Numbered from the stretch's first letter, positions 39,078 through 49,709 are shown. The stretch is DNA of 64,000 nt from Candidatus Kaiserbacteria bacterium (GCA_003164215.1 PLSR01000017.1:28656-92655); one strand, 5' to 3'. Numbers and translations: made by a program. Notes: generated from the sequence alone by a model not told the origin.

Positions 39078-40229
39078 ATGAGTTTTGAATTCCCGGGGCG
39101 CATGGAACGAACGCGAGACGAACCAGAGATCGAACGTGCGAAGCGCGTCGCGGCCTGGTATGGACATTTTCAACACATGATCCAGATCGCAGCGCTGGCC
39201 GCTGCGGTCCAAGCACCGGGGATCGCACATGCGGGAGAGATCGATCAGGCGAATATGGCCCAACATACCGATACTGCACCGTTGTTGCATGAGGCGCCAT
39301 CGACAGGCAAATATCAACTCGCGTCCGGTCAGTGGATTCATATCCCAATGGAAGCGGACGGATTCAATAGAGTGACCGTACTTACATCCCCCGATGGAGG
39401 GCCTGTCGTGCGGGCGGTCATCGTCTTTCAACAAAATCATCTTAATGGCCCCGAGAAGTTGCGCGGGCTATCGAACGAACAGAAGTTAGCGGAGCTTGGT
39501 GCGGTCGAACACAGCCATGAGACTGTCTCTGCGGCGCTTAAAAAGCTGGTGAAGGAGGGAAGTATTACGAGTGTGTGCGCAGAGGGAGTTATCGACAGTC
39601 CCGATGGCAATGGTGCCCATGGCGTCAATGAAATGATCGCAGACTTCTCTGATCCGGAGTCATTCAATACCGTCACTGCCCTTATGGCTGCGCCCTACCT
39701 ACCTTCGCTTCAAGGGGCGGCCACACGGTATAACACGATCATTGATCGGAAAGGTGGGCCCGACGCCGCCGGTATCACAGAGATCAGGACGAAGCTCGAT
39801 CCTATATTCAAAGATATGGGCGAACGATACCCGAAAATTCTCAGTTCAGCTGGTGAGCTAGCCGGGCAGGGTGAGATCGATCTCTGTGCGGGGGTAGATC
39901 AAAAGACCCATGATCGAGCTCACGCGTCGGACGTCCAAAAGATACTGGAGCGGCCACAGGAGCAGCGGACGGCAGCCGAGAAAGAACTGGTGAGGAAGGT
40001 GGCATTTCATGATTGGGAAAAATCGGCCCTCGAGCTCGCGCTCAAACAAAAGGGGCCCGCGGTAGGGATCGAGATCGGGGGAGGGCACGACTTCTATGAA
40101 GTAACAGCGGAGTGGAATAAAGAGCATCCATATGAGCAGATCGTAACGGTCGTAGCGAGTGCCTTTCAATTCGTCCCTCTGAAAAAAGATGGCGGCAAAC
40201 TTTTGACCACTGAAGAACTGACTGAATAG
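39078..40229 (+). CDS. Hypothetical protein, possible TIKI/TraB/ChaN-like fold
   Basis: QNH, CAEG and IGGGHD motifs. Confidence 0.5.
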   Translation: MSFEFPGRMERTRDEPEIERAKRVAAWYGHFQHMIQIAALAAAVQAPGIAHAGEIDQANMAQHTDTAPLLHEAPSTGKYQLASGQWIHIPMEADGFNRVTVLTSPDGGPVVRAVIVFQQNHLNGPEKLRGLSNEQKLAELGAVEHSHETVSAALKKLVKEGSITSVCAEGVIDSPDGNGAHGVNEMIADFSDPESFNTVTALMAAPYLPSLQGAATRYNTIIDRKGGPDAAGITEIRTKLDPIFKDMGERYPKILSSAGELAGQGEIDLCAGVDQKTHDRAHASDVQKILERPQEQRTAAEKELVRKVAFHDWEKSALELALKQKGPAVGIEIGGGHDFYEVTAEWNKEHPYEQIVTVVASAFQFVPLKKDGGKLLTTEELTE

Positions 40230-40334
40230 ATCTCGTTTTGCGGAACGTTCAAGGGCGGGCCTTGGATGCAACTCACGAAATATATAAAATGTTCAGCCGC
40301 GGGAGCCTCTGGCTCCCGCGGCGTTTCTCCTCGT

Positions 40335-40511
40335 TCAACGTCGGCGTCTCAATTTCCATACGAGACTGGTGACGGCCGTTGCGATGGCTATCCAGCCGAC
40401 GATAAGGACCTTTTGCGAATCGAGCCCATACGATTCAGATACCCGCGTCAGAAAAGTACCCGCTATTGCGGAAACAAGGGAGATAAAGAATACGAGGATC
40501 GCGGCGCGCAT
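40335..40511 (-). CDS. Small two-TM protein
   Basis: Two hydrophobic helices and a basic tail. Confidence 0.45.
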   Translation of the reverse strand: MRAAILVFFISLVSAIAGTFLTRVSESYGLDSQKVLIVGWIAIATAVTSLVWKLRRRR

Positions 40512-40663
40512 GGCTTGGAACTCCTCAAAGAACTGATTCCATATTGATACACTATATTTACAGTGTGTCAAGTTGAGTCTTACCGCCCAATCCTCTATAG
40601 TGACCCCATCGCCACTCTGGTGGCATTCCAGTTATTAGTTTTTTAAAAGATACGAGCATCGTT

Positions 40664-41032
40664 ATGAAAAAGAAATCAAAAGTTTCTAAGAAGTCGAGCG
40701 CGCGAAAAGTGAGCCGCCCGTCACAGCCGAAGAGTTCTTTTAAAGTCCACCCATTGGCTGATCGTATCGTCGTGAAGCCCGAGGAGGCAATGGATGAACG
40801 ATCACCGTCCGGCATCATTATTCCTGACACCGCCCGCAAAGAGAAGCCGGAACGCGGTGTCGTCGTTGCGGTCGGCGAGGGTAAGCGCAACGAGCGTGGT
40901 GATGTATTGCCGATCCACGTTAAGGTTGGCGACACGGTCATGTTCTCCAAATATGGATTCGATGAGGTGAAGATCGATGATGTGGAGTATTACATTGTTT
41001 CGGAGACGAATATTCTGGCAATTATAAAGTAG
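40664..41032 (+). CDS. groES: Co-chaperonin GroES
   Basis: PLADRIVV, SGIIIPDTA.KEKP, VKVGD.V.FSKY. Confidence 0.97.
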   Translation: MKKKSKVSKKSSARKVSRPSQPKSSFKVHPLADRIVVKPEEAMDERSPSGIIIPDTARKEKPERGVVVAVGEGKRNERGDVLPIHVKVGDTVMFSKYGFDEVKIDDVEYYIVSETNILAIIK

Positions 41033-41048
41033 TAGAAGATTAAACGAA

Positions 41049-41088
41049 CCAAGGTCAGAGCTTGGGATCCCTAAAGCTCTGAGCTTGG
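41049..41088. repeat. Paired palindrome repeat, copy E, between groES and groEL
   Basis: CCAAGGTC-A-GAGCTTGG plus AAAGCTC-T-GAGCTT. Confidence 0.75.
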
Positions 41089-41101
41089 TGCAACACCTAA
41101 T

Positions 41102-42748
41102 ATGGCAAAACAAGTGATTTTTGATGCAGAAGTACGATCGGCCCTGAAGCGCGGCGTCGATATCGTCGCCAAGGCGGTCTCGGTCACCATCGGTCCGCGT
41201 GGCCGCAATGTCGCCCTCGACAAGTCGTGGGGAAGTCCGACCATCACCAACGACGGCGTTTCGATCGCGAAGGAAATAACGCTCGCCGACAAGTTCGAGA
41301 ACATGGGTGCTTCGATTGTGAAGGAGGTAGCGACCAAGACCAACGACAAGGCCGGCGACGGTACGACGACCGCCGTCATCCTCGCGCAGGCGATCATTCA
41401 CGAAGGTCTCAAGCGAACCGCCTTGGGCGCCAACAGTATGATGGTTCGCCGCGGTATCGAAGCCGCCGCCAAAGACACCGTCGAAGAATTGAAAAAGATG
41501 GCGAAGCCGGTCAAAGGTACGAGCGACATCAAGCAGGTCGCGACGATCGCGGCGGAGAGCGAGGAGCTCGGCGCCACGATCGCCGACATCGTTGAGAAAG
41601 TCGGTAAGGATGGCGTCGTCACCGTGGAGGAATCGCAATCGTTCGGCATCGAATCGGAATTCGTCGAAGGGATGGAATTCGACAAGGGTTATGTATCTGC
41701 CTACATGATCACCAATAGTGAACGCATGGAGGCCGAAGCGAAGGATGTCCCGATCCTCATCACCGACAAGAAGATCTCGACGGTCAAAGATATTCTGCCG
41801 CTTCTCGAAAAAGTCGCGCAGACCGGCAAGAAGGATCTCGTCATCATCGCTGATGATGTCGATAGCGAAGCGCTTGCCACGTTCGTCGTCAACAAATTGC
41901 GTGGCATCTTCAACGTGCTCGCGATCAAAGCGCCGGGCTACGGTGATCGCAAGAAGGAAATTCTCGCGGACATCGCGATCCTGGTCGGCGGCCAGGTGAT
42001 CTCCGAAGATCTCGGTCTCAAGCTCGAGAATACGGAGCTTGCGCAACTCGGACGTGCCGCACGCATCGTCGCGACGAAGGATTCGACCGTGATCGTCGGC
42101 GGTAAGGGGAAGAAAGATGATATCGGCAAACGCGCGGCATCTCTGCGGTCACAGCTCGAGAATACGACGTCGAAGTTCGACAAGGAAAAGCTTAACGAGC
42201 GCATCGCGAAACTTCTCGGCGGCGTCGCTGTCATCAAAGTCGGTGCTGCGACGGAGACCGAAATGAAATATCTCAAGGACAAGATCGAGGACGCGGTCAA
42301 TGCGACCAAAGCTGCGATCGCCGAAGGCATCGTGCCGGGCGGCGGAGCTGCGCTCGCGAAAGTCGCTCACAAACTCGCAAAAAAAGTCACCGTCGACGCA
42401 CACGATGAATTCTCTGTCGGCTATCGTGTACTTATATCCGCTCTCAGCGCGCCGCTCTTGCAGATCGCGCTGAATGCCGGTCGCGAAGACGGACAGGTGA
42501 TCTTGCGTGATATCACCGCAAAGGGCGGGGCGTTCGGTTATGACGCCTCTAAAGACACTGTCGAGCCGACGATCGTGGATATGTTCGAAGCGGGGATCAT
42601 CGATCCGGTGAAGGTCACGCGCTCGTGCATCGAGAACGCCGCGTCAGCCGCCGCAGTATTGCTCACAACCGAAGCAGCCGTCGCTGATATTCCTGAAGAA
42701 AAGAAAGCCCAGAATGGAGGTATGCCGGGGATGGGGGACATGGATTAA
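41102..42748 (+). CDS. groEL: Chaperonin GroEL
   Basis: [18 protein letters not shown] tail. Confidence 0.98.
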   Translation: MAKQVIFDAEVRSALKRGVDIVAKAVSVTIGPRGRNVALDKSWGSPTITNDGVSIAKEITLADKFENMGASIVKEVATKTNDKAGDGTTTAVILAQAIIHEGLKRTALGANSMMVRRGIEAAAKDTVEELKKMAKPVKGTSDIKQVATIAAESEELGATIADIVEKVGKDGVVTVEESQSFGIESEFVEGMEFDKGYVSAYMITNSERMEAEAKDVPILITDKKISTVKDILPLLEKVAQTGKKDLVIIADDVDSEALATFVVNKLRGIFNVLAIKAPGYGDRKKEILADIAILVGGQVISEDLGLKLENTELAQLGRAARIVATKDSTVIVGGKGKKDDIGKRAASLRSQLENTTSKFDKEKLNERIAKLLGGVAVIKVGAATETEMKYLKDKIEDAVNATKAAIAEGIVPGGGAALAKVAHKLAKKVTVDAHDEFSVGYRVLISALSAPLLQIALNAGREDGQVILRDITAKGGAFGYDASKDTVEPTIVDMFEAGIIDPVKVTRSCIENAASAAAVLLTTEAAVADIPEEKKAQNGGMPGMGDMD

Positions 42749-42763
42749 AGTGGCGCTGCGTGA

Positions 42764-42877
42764 GACGATGCCCTTGAGGAACTTTAAAGTTCGAGGTAGT
42801 TTCAGCCACCATCACCACTACTGTATGTCGTGGTGATTTTGGTATGCGCTGCGCGAGGTTCCTCAAGGACACCCGTC
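42764..42877 (-). repeat. Long-stem hairpin element with GAACCTCGC, second copy of the motif
   Basis: Arms CCTTGAGGAAC/GTTCCTCAAGG, extended by G.U pairs on the minus strand. Confidence 0.65.
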
Positions 42878-43060
42878 CTACTCCGCTTATTTGGAGTTCT
42901 GTGGCGAGGTTCCGTAACCTATGGGTTTGTTCCGCCTAGTGGGTTTTGAGAGGGGAAGCGAGGTTCTCCAAAGGCGCAGGTTCCCTTCGCTTAGGCGACA
43001 CGAGATATCCCAAAAGACCGCACTACTTCGCCTTGTAGCGTTCATTCCTCTGGTATCATT

Positions 43061-46000
43061 ATGCGTATCATGAACCGCAGACGTGGCGTTGCTTTCGGCT
43101 GTTGGGCATTAAGCACACTCATTTTCGTTGTCGGCTGTTTTCCAATTTTGGTTGAAGCACAATCCACGGATGTTGGCAGCTTATTGCCATCATGGCTGAT
43201 GGGGACTCCTCCCGCATCCACCGATACTGCCGATCTGCAATGTAGTAGTGATGGAGTCTACACCTGTGACTATCCAAAAATTGAGAATAATCAGCAGTGC
43301 CTTCGCGGCAAAACCTGCGCCGAGGTAAAAGACGGGTGTGTCATTTCCGGCGTGTGCGATAGGCCGAATCACTGCAACGACACGAGTGCCTGTGGCAAGG
43401 CGCCGGAGAAACCTACGGTACCGGTAATGCCGTCGCCTTCGAACTCCGGTATAACGGATACGCCGCAACAAAGTTCGGTCGGTTATCCCCAAAATCAGTC
43501 TTCAGACGTAACGCCGACGCCCGCACAGTCTGCAAGTGTCCCGACGTATGGATCATTAGATACGACGCAGTCCCAGACACAATCGCAACAATCATCGTTC
43601 AATCTATCTACCGACGGAAGTAACTATTCCGCGCCGACGGGGCAGGGTGTAAGTCCACTCACTGATGGCACACTCCAGGACGTATCGACAGTGCCGATAC
43701 CAGTCGATAGCAGAGTACCGCCCCTTTCAGGAGCGCAAGACACTGGAGGATCATCAGAAGGATCGAACGGTGTGTCAACTTTCCCGGTTGAAAATGGCCC
43801 GACGCCACAGCAGGCGGCACCTGCCTCGAGTTGCGGCTTCATCTGCTCCGCTGAGAATACCGTTTCATCGGCTTACAGTGCTGCTGCGAGTTGGATCTCG
43901 AACGAGATCTCTCCACCAGCGCCGACTGTTCCAAGCGATGCTTCGCTCAATAGCGCTCAGGCCCAGATCGATACTCCTCAATACTACGATCCGAACGCTG
44001 CAACCACCCCTGACGGCACACCTGCGATCACCGATGCGACCAAACAGGAGATGGTTCCGCTCATGCAAAACCAAGCAGACAGCATGACGAATGAGATGGT
44101 GCAGAACAATGCGCAGATACTAGCGCTGCAGGATCCGAACAATGGTATGGATCCGAATAGCGCGCAGAATGCAATCCAGGATCTCAATCAGCGGAACGCT
44201 TATTTGCAGGACCAACTCGATAAGGTGAATTCCGGCATCACCGCGCTCAATACGGGCGGACAGCTTTCGCCTGACGTACAACAGCTTGCGCAGACAGTGC
44301 AGGACGGCCAAGGTGCGCGCTCGGCGGTGCTTGACGCCGCTTCCGGCGGTCTTGCACAGGCGAGTGCATCCAATTTCGAAGCCGCAAAGCTCGCGATAAC
44401 TGATCCGAGTCTTTCGAATATTGCGTCCGCCGGAATGCACGCTTTCGAAAGCGGAGCTGACTACCTCGGTTCAGGAGTTGCGAGCCTTGTGAACACAACG
44501 TGTCAGGGAGTCGGCGTTTGCGGCCAATCGCCTGCTGAAGCAGTGGCCGCCTGGGCTGACCCGACTGCATCAAAAGTGAACACGATCGTGGCGGGAACAC
44601 AGCTGGCGGTCATGGCCGCACCATTTGCTGGCGAAGCAGTCGATGCGATCAGAGCTGCCGGAGCTGTCGACACCGGAGTAACCGCCTTTGTTTCGGACTC
44701 CGCAGTTGCGCGCACAATTGCTGATAGTGCAGGAGGTTGGACCGCATCTCTCGAAGCGCCAACGTTCGAAGCGGCCCAGACTACGGGGGGAGTGTACTCT
44801 ATTTCAGATTCTGCAGGTACCTTTGCGAATACAATTACTGACATACCGTCGGCGGCCGAACCACTTCCTGTGGGGGCATCTGCGGCACCGGCAGACGTCG
44901 CCCCAGCAGCAGCTCCCGTCGAAGAATTGTCAGCTGCCCAATTTTCAGATCAGATTGATCCGGCAATTACAGCTGAACTTGAACAAGCTAACGGTGCGGG
45001 TTCAGCACAGACGACGCAACCGGCACCGGAAGCCGCCCCGTCCGATGCGGCGGCTCCTACAGAAGCGGCGACACAAACCGCCCCTCCCATATCACCAACG
45101 TTTTCAGATGCGATGGATTACGTCTCGGCTCAAGCGCAGGCGCTCAAAGAAACCGTCACGGGCGGGATCAGCTCGATCGAGTCCGATATTAGCGACTACG
45201 TCAATTCACAGTTCGGAAATACAGAACCATCTGCGCTTACAGAGACGCCACTGCTCGCTCCCGTTTCAGAGGGGACCTCAAACGCGATGCAAAACGTCAT
45301 TGATCAAGCGGGGCAGCTCAAACTTTCTGCGACTATTCCTGCAGACGTGCCGGCAGGATCTGTGGCGCCCGAAGGAGCCGCACCTGCAGCTACGGAAGCA
45401 CCAGCACCAGCTGCACCCGAAGTATCGGCTCCTGCCGCCGACACTGAATCGTCGGCTGTACCCGCTGCTCCTGCCGCACAATCTACTCAAACCGTTTCAG
45501 ATGCGATCGCGACCGCCTACAATAATGTTCAGAACGACATAATCAACTTCAGCCAAGATATTGGCCAAAAATTGCAAGCATTCCAGTCCACGCTTTCCGA
45601 CGCATTCGGTTCGTCACCGGTTGAAACTGCACCTGGGGCGACAGTGCCATCAGCAGTAGAACCCGCTCCGGCCGCAGGTACCTCACCATCGACACCGGCT
45701 TTGGGTGACCTTTCAGGCGTCAGTGCGGGATCGAACATATCGCTGGAGACTGCGAACGATAATTATTTGATGAGTAGGGTAGTGGCGGGAGGGGTGGTCG
45801 GAGGCGCAGTCACGTTCGCGGCCATTGATTGGAGTTCCGTTTCTGTGCCTGCAACGTCGCCGGTACAGCCGGGTGATGTCGTCACCGAGATAGATCTTCA
45901 ACCACAAACTGAACCAACGCCCGCACCTACTCCTGCGGCAACCCCAGCCCCTGCTCCGACTCCTTCTCCAACTGTTATCGCAGTAGAGTCTGGGCCTGCT

Positions 46001-48991
46001 GCACCGGTGACACCAGTCGTAGCATCTGCGCTCCCAGCTCCATTGCCAACGCCTACTCCCGTCCCGACACCTTCGACCCTTGCCAATCCCGAAATGGTCG
46101 CATTCCTGAATAGTGATAGTCAGTACACTCCTCCGATCGAACCCATTACATCTGGCGAGAAGAATGTCATGACGGCATACCAAGCACCAATTGAGAACCC
46201 TGCATCTCCAGGTGCCGCACCATCGACGTCATACCCAAGTCCCCAAATGGTCTCATTCCTGACGAGCGAGAGTCAGTACACCCCTCCGATCGAACCCATT
46301 ACAGCAGGCGAGAAGAATGGCATGACGGCGTATCAGAATCCCATTGAGAGTGCTCCTGCCGCACCAAGTGGAGCGTCATCGGACCAAACTCAGGCCAAGA
46401 TCAACGCACCCGAGTACTATGGACCGCCGTATGTCCAACCTTCCGCGCCACCTACGCCCACACCAACCGCTATTGCATCGGCGGTTCCTCCGGAAGCGGA
46501 CATGTCGAACGGTTCCGCTCCAACTCCAACCTCCGCGTCGGCGGCATCTTCTCCAGCCCCAACACCCACACCGAGTGCTGCCGCTCCCGCAAGTACTCCT
46601 CCTGCGTCGACAGAAGGATCTACTCCAGCACCGACTCCTACACCTACTCAGACATCCGCCCCAACAGCTGCGCGGGCACCGGCGCCCACGGCGGGCACAA
46701 CGCCGACGCCAATACCGACGGCAACACCCGCATCTACACCTTCACCTGCGGCGACACCTGCTCCTGCAAAAACTCCTGTACCCAATCCGACACCCGCTCC
46801 AAAACCGGCTCCGACAAAATTTGCCCAGGCAATCCCGAACGAATCCGGGAAACCGTTTCAGACCGCCAGTGGTCAGGCGCTCGCCGACGCCACTGGTGTA
46901 GCCTGTGCGGCGATCGGCTGCGATGCGGCGCTCGTGCAAAAAGCACTCGCCGGTGTTTGTTCGACCGAGTCCGGCTGCAACGCACAAGTGCTGCATGTCG
47001 GTAACGGGTATCAGGGATTGTTCCAGGCCGATTCTGTCTCCACAGGGGCCGCGATGACCGCATTGAAGCAGATAGCACAATCACCGAAGCTCTCGACCGC
47101 TCAAAAGGCCCAGATCACGTCGGTCATCAATACGGCACAAGCCCAAATAAATGCGAAACAGGATCCAAATAAAGACTCTGTGCTTGGGGCGTGGATCGGC
47201 GTCGGCTATCAAACGGCCGCTGGTTCATTATCGAAGATCGGTACGGTCACCAACGACCCGGGACTTGCCGCGGCATACGGTATGCTCGCGCAGATCGCGC
47301 CCGATACGTTCTACAATTTCAGCCCTAATAAGCGGATAAGCACGATCAGCGTACTGCATTTACAAGGTAATAATTACTGGATCCCGTTCGGCGCTACGGC
47401 GGCGGATGCGGCACGAGTAATACTCGCAACGGTCGGACAAAAGATCACTACCGGCATAAACTGGAGCGGACAATTTTCTCCGAGCGTGTCATCGGCACCG
47501 AACCCGGCCGCTGCGCCTCCCGCTCCCGCCGCGACACCGCCCGTCACCCGATCTCTTTCAACTCCTCCCCCCGCGCCGACCAAAGTTGCTTCTGGCCCTG
47601 CTCCGGCCGCTTCTGCGCCCCCGAGTTCCGGTCCGTACACAAAAGATAACGTTACGATTGTCGGCGACAGCATCGGGCAGGGGACGTCAGGCTGTTCATC
47701 GGCGGTCGGCACGGCATGTGCCGGGACCACCTTCAAGGGAAATGCGGTGAGCGGTGCGGCGATGGGAGCAATGCTGAAGCAGATCAATGCGTTACCGAAT
47801 GGATCGAAGATCGCGGTCATTGCGGGAACGAATAATTACGGCGAAACGCCCGCTCAGATAGGGCAGGACGTTAAAGCACTGATCGATGCCGCTAACGCAA
47901 AAAATATTCAGATCGTCGCGTGGGCGGGGGCATCGTTAGATCCGAAAAATCCGACACTTGATGTGCAGTTCGCGGCTGCCGATACTGAGGTCAAGAACGC
48001 GCTGCCATCGAATATCCCCTTCGTCGATCTACGTTCGTCAAGTCTTGATCCCTATCGAGATGGCTATCATTACACTGCCGCAGGATATAAAGCGATCGGC
48101 GACATGATCATCGCTCAAGCGAATACCCCTGCATCTGACTCAGGTGTTGCGGTCGCATCGAGTGTTCGGCCAGCCGCTCCCGCTCCCACTCCGGCGGTGT
48201 CCGCTCCCGATGCGTCGTCCGCCCTTCAAGTACCACCACCGGCCGCAACACCGTCAAGCGCCATCGCGGAGGCCTCTTCGGCGTCGACTGCCGACTTTGC
48301 CGCAACAGAACGAGATGTTGCGAGCGCCAAGATACAACTTGGACAAACAAAACAGACGATAACCGCCGACAAATCCCAGCTCGCATCGCTCCAGACGCAG
48401 GAGGCTGCTACCGTGAAGAAAATAGCTGCGTATCAAAACACTGCGCAAGCAACAACCGATCTCTCGTCTGCAAAAGCGGGACTCGATGTATTGAACACTT
48501 TGGGAAGAAGCAAAACGGAGCCGACTGCTGCCGAACTGCCAATAATGACGAGGGCGGCGGCCGCGACCGTTCAGCTCGCGAAAGAGATCGGGGATCCCGC
48601 GCTTTCCGGTCAAATCAATGAGTATGTTACCGCTCTCGCGAACTTAAAAGCGGAACCGTCCTCCTTTACCAAGCTCACTGATCTTTGGGCTGCAGAATCG
48701 AAGGGGGCGGCGCTTGTCACGGCAATATCAACGGCCTTGGACAACACGAGTAAAAATCTTGCAGCGAGCGGGAGCCTCGCGAGTTTACAGACCACATCGG
48801 CGAAACTCGCGACGAACATCGCCAACCTCAATACGACGATCGCTTCGCTGCAGCAAACGGAAGTACAGCAGGTCGCAGAGGTCACGAATATGACCAATCT
48901 GTTGCATCAAAAAGAAGAACTTGCCGCCAGCGCTCCAACGTTGCCACACATATGGAAACCGCCGACAACTCCGTCTGCCACGACCCCGTAA
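43061..48991 (+). CDS. Giant secreted protein with SLT-like and SGNH domains
   Basis: Signal peptide, Cys-rich N-terminus, P/T/A linkers, CSTESGC...YQGLFQ, GDS...GTNN...DGYH, C-terminal coiled coil. Confidence 0.85.
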   Translation: MRIMNRRRGVAFGCWALSTLIFVVGCFPILVEAQSTDVGSLLPSWLMGTPPASTDTADLQCSSDGVYTCDYPKIENNQQCLRGKTCAEVKDGCVISGVCDRPNHCNDTSACGKAPEKPTVPVMPSPSNSGITDTPQQSSVGYPQNQSSDVTPTPAQSASVPTYGSLDTTQSQTQSQQSSFNLSTDGSNYSAPTGQGVSPLTDGTLQDVSTVPIPVDSRVPPLSGAQDTGGSSEGSNGVSTFPVENGPTPQQAAPASSCGFICSAENTVSSAYSAAASWISNEISPPAPTVPSDASLNSAQAQIDTPQYYDPNAATTPDGTPAITDATKQEMVPLMQNQADSMTNEMVQNNAQILALQDPNNGMDPNSAQNAIQDLNQRNAYLQDQLDKVNSGITALNTGGQLSPDVQQLAQTVQDGQGARSAVLDAASGGLAQASASNFEAAKLAITDPSLSNIASAGMHAFESGADYLGSGVASLVNTTCQGVGVCGQSPAEAVAAWADPTASKVNTIVAGTQLAVMAAPFAGEAVDAIRAAGAVDTGVTAFVSDSAVARTIADSAGGWTASLEAPTFEAAQTTGGVYSISDSAGTFANTITDIPSAAEPLPVGASAAPADVAPAAAPVEELSAAQFSDQIDPAITAELEQANGAGSAQTTQPAPEAAPSDAAAPTEAATQTAPPISPTFSDAMDYVSAQAQALKETVTGGISSIESDISDYVNSQFGNTEPSALTETPLLAPVSEGTSNAMQNVIDQAGQLKLSATIPADVPAGSVAPEGAAPAATEAPAPAAPEVSAPAADTESSAVPAAPAAQSTQTVSDAIATAYNNVQNDIINFSQDIGQKLQAFQSTLSDAFGSSPVETAPGATVPSAVEPAPAAGTSPSTPALGDLSGVSAGSNISLETANDNYLMSRVVAGGVVGGAVTFAAIDWSSVSVPATSPVQPGDVVTEIDLQPQTEPTPAPTPAATPAPAPTPSPTVIAVESGPAAPVTPVVASALPAPLPTPTPVPTPSTLANPEMVAFLNSDSQYTPPIEPITSGEKNVMTAYQAPIENPASPGAAPSTSYPSPQMVSFLTSESQYTPPIEPITAGEKNGMTAYQNPIESAPAAPSGASSDQTQAKINAPEYYGPPYVQPSAPPTPTPTAIASAVPPEADMSNGSAPTPTSASAASSPAPTPTPSAAAPASTPPASTEGSTPAPTPTPTQTSAPTAARAPAPTAGTTPTPIPTATPASTPSPAATPAPAKTPVPNPTPAPKPAPTKFAQAIPNESGKPFQTASGQALADATGVACAAIGCDAALVQKALAGVCSTESGCNAQVLHVGNGYQGLFQADSVSTGAAMTALKQIAQSPKLSTAQKAQITSVINTAQAQINAKQDPNKDSVLGAWIGVGYQTAAGSLSKIGTVTNDPGLAAAYGMLAQIAPDTFYNFSPNKRISTISVLHLQGNNYWIPFGATAADAARVILATVGQKITTGINWSGQFSPSVSSAPNPAAAPPAPAATPPVTRSLSTPPPAPTKVASGPAPAASAPPSSGPYTKDNVTIVGDSIGQGTSGCSSAVGTACAGTTFKGNAVSGAAMGAMLKQINALPNGSKIAVIAGTNNYGETPAQIGQDVKALIDAANAKNIQIVAWAGASLDPKNPTLDVQFAAADTEVKNALPSNIPFVDLRSSSLDPYRDGYHYTAAGYKAIGDMIIAQANTPASDSGVAVASSVRPAAPAPTPAVSAPDASSALQVPPPAATPSSAIAEASSASTADFAATERDVASAKIQLGQTKQTITADKSQLASLQTQEAATVKKIAAYQNTAQATTDLSSAKAGLDVLNTLGRSKTEPTAAELPIMTRAAAATVQLAKEIGDPALSGQINEYVTALANLKAEPSSFTKLTDLWAAESKGAALVTAISTALDNTSKNLAASGSLASLQTTSAKLATNIANLNTTIASLQQTEVQQVAEVTNMTNLLHQKEELAASAPTLPHIWKPPTTPSATTP

Positions 48992-49062
48992 GTGTCTCCA
49001 ACGCCTCCTAAGATCGCGCCCATAGCTAGCGGACAATGAAGCGAATGGTATAATTTCGGCAT

Positions 49063-49623
49063 ATGATCATTCTCTATATTGTTGTCGCGGTCGTTTTGAT
49101 TATTCTCGTTTGGCTTATGGGTTCGTATAACGGTTTCGTCACGCTTACCAATCGAGTCAAAGAAGCGCTCTCGGACATCGATGTGCAATCGAAACGCCGC
49201 TTCGATCTCATCCCGAATCTCGTCGAGACGGTCAAGGGCTACGCCGCGCATGAATCAGGTACCTTGGAGAAGGTGACCGAAATGCGCACCGCCGCGATGA
49301 GCGCGACGACGCCGGCCGGCAAAGCGCAAGCCGACGATTTGCTGAGCGGCGCCCTCAAATCGCTCTTCGCTGTTTCCGAAAATTACCCCAACCTCAAGGC
49401 GAACGAGAACTTCCTCGAGTTGCAGCGTCAGCTTGAAGACACCGAAAATAAAATGCAGGCCGCGCGCCGTTTCTACAACAGCGTCGTCGTGGATCTCAAC
49501 ACGCGATTGCAATCATTCCCTGGCAACATCGTCGGCAGTACGTTTGGCTTCAAGGCAGGTGATTTCTTCGCGCTCAGTGATGCTGATGCCGCAGCCAAAG
49601 AGCCGGTGAAAGTGCAGTTCTAG
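49063..49623 (+). CDS. lemA: LemA family protein
   Basis: RRFDLIPNLVETVKGYA.HE and ENYPNLKAN. Confidence 0.95.
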   Translation: MIILYIVVAVVLIILVWLMGSYNGFVTLTNRVKEALSDIDVQSKRRFDLIPNLVETVKGYAAHESGTLEKVTEMRTAAMSATTPAGKAQADDLLSGALKSLFAVSENYPNLKANENFLELQRQLEDTENKMQAARRFYNSVVVDLNTRLQSFPGNIVGSTFGFKAGDFFALSDADAAAKEPVKVQF

Positions 49624-49637
49624 ACGACCACGCGAAA

Positions 49638-49682
49638 GCGAAGGCGTCGGAGCGATCCGCCGCCTTCGCCCTTTTCTTTTTT
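49638..49682 (+). terminator. Intrinsic terminator between lemA and htpX
   Basis: GCGAAGGCG...CGCCTTCGC plus long U-tract. Confidence 0.7.
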
Positions 49683-49709
49683 GCCGTTCGAGAGTAATCT
49701 TTCTAAGAC

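Noticed and set aside
40600-40640. Possible CIRCE element before groES (GCCACTC...)
   Set aside because: It does not match TTAGCACTC-N9-GAGTGCTAA and has no second arm.
40802-42046. 414-aa ORF antisense to groES/groEL, and similar long antisense ORFs over typA, metK and rnj
   Set aside because: These are shadow frames produced by codon bias of well-supported genes on the other strand.
45900-46820. Pro/Thr/Ala codon repeats in the giant gene as a DNA repeat array
   Set aside because: Codons vary; this is a low-complexity protein linker.
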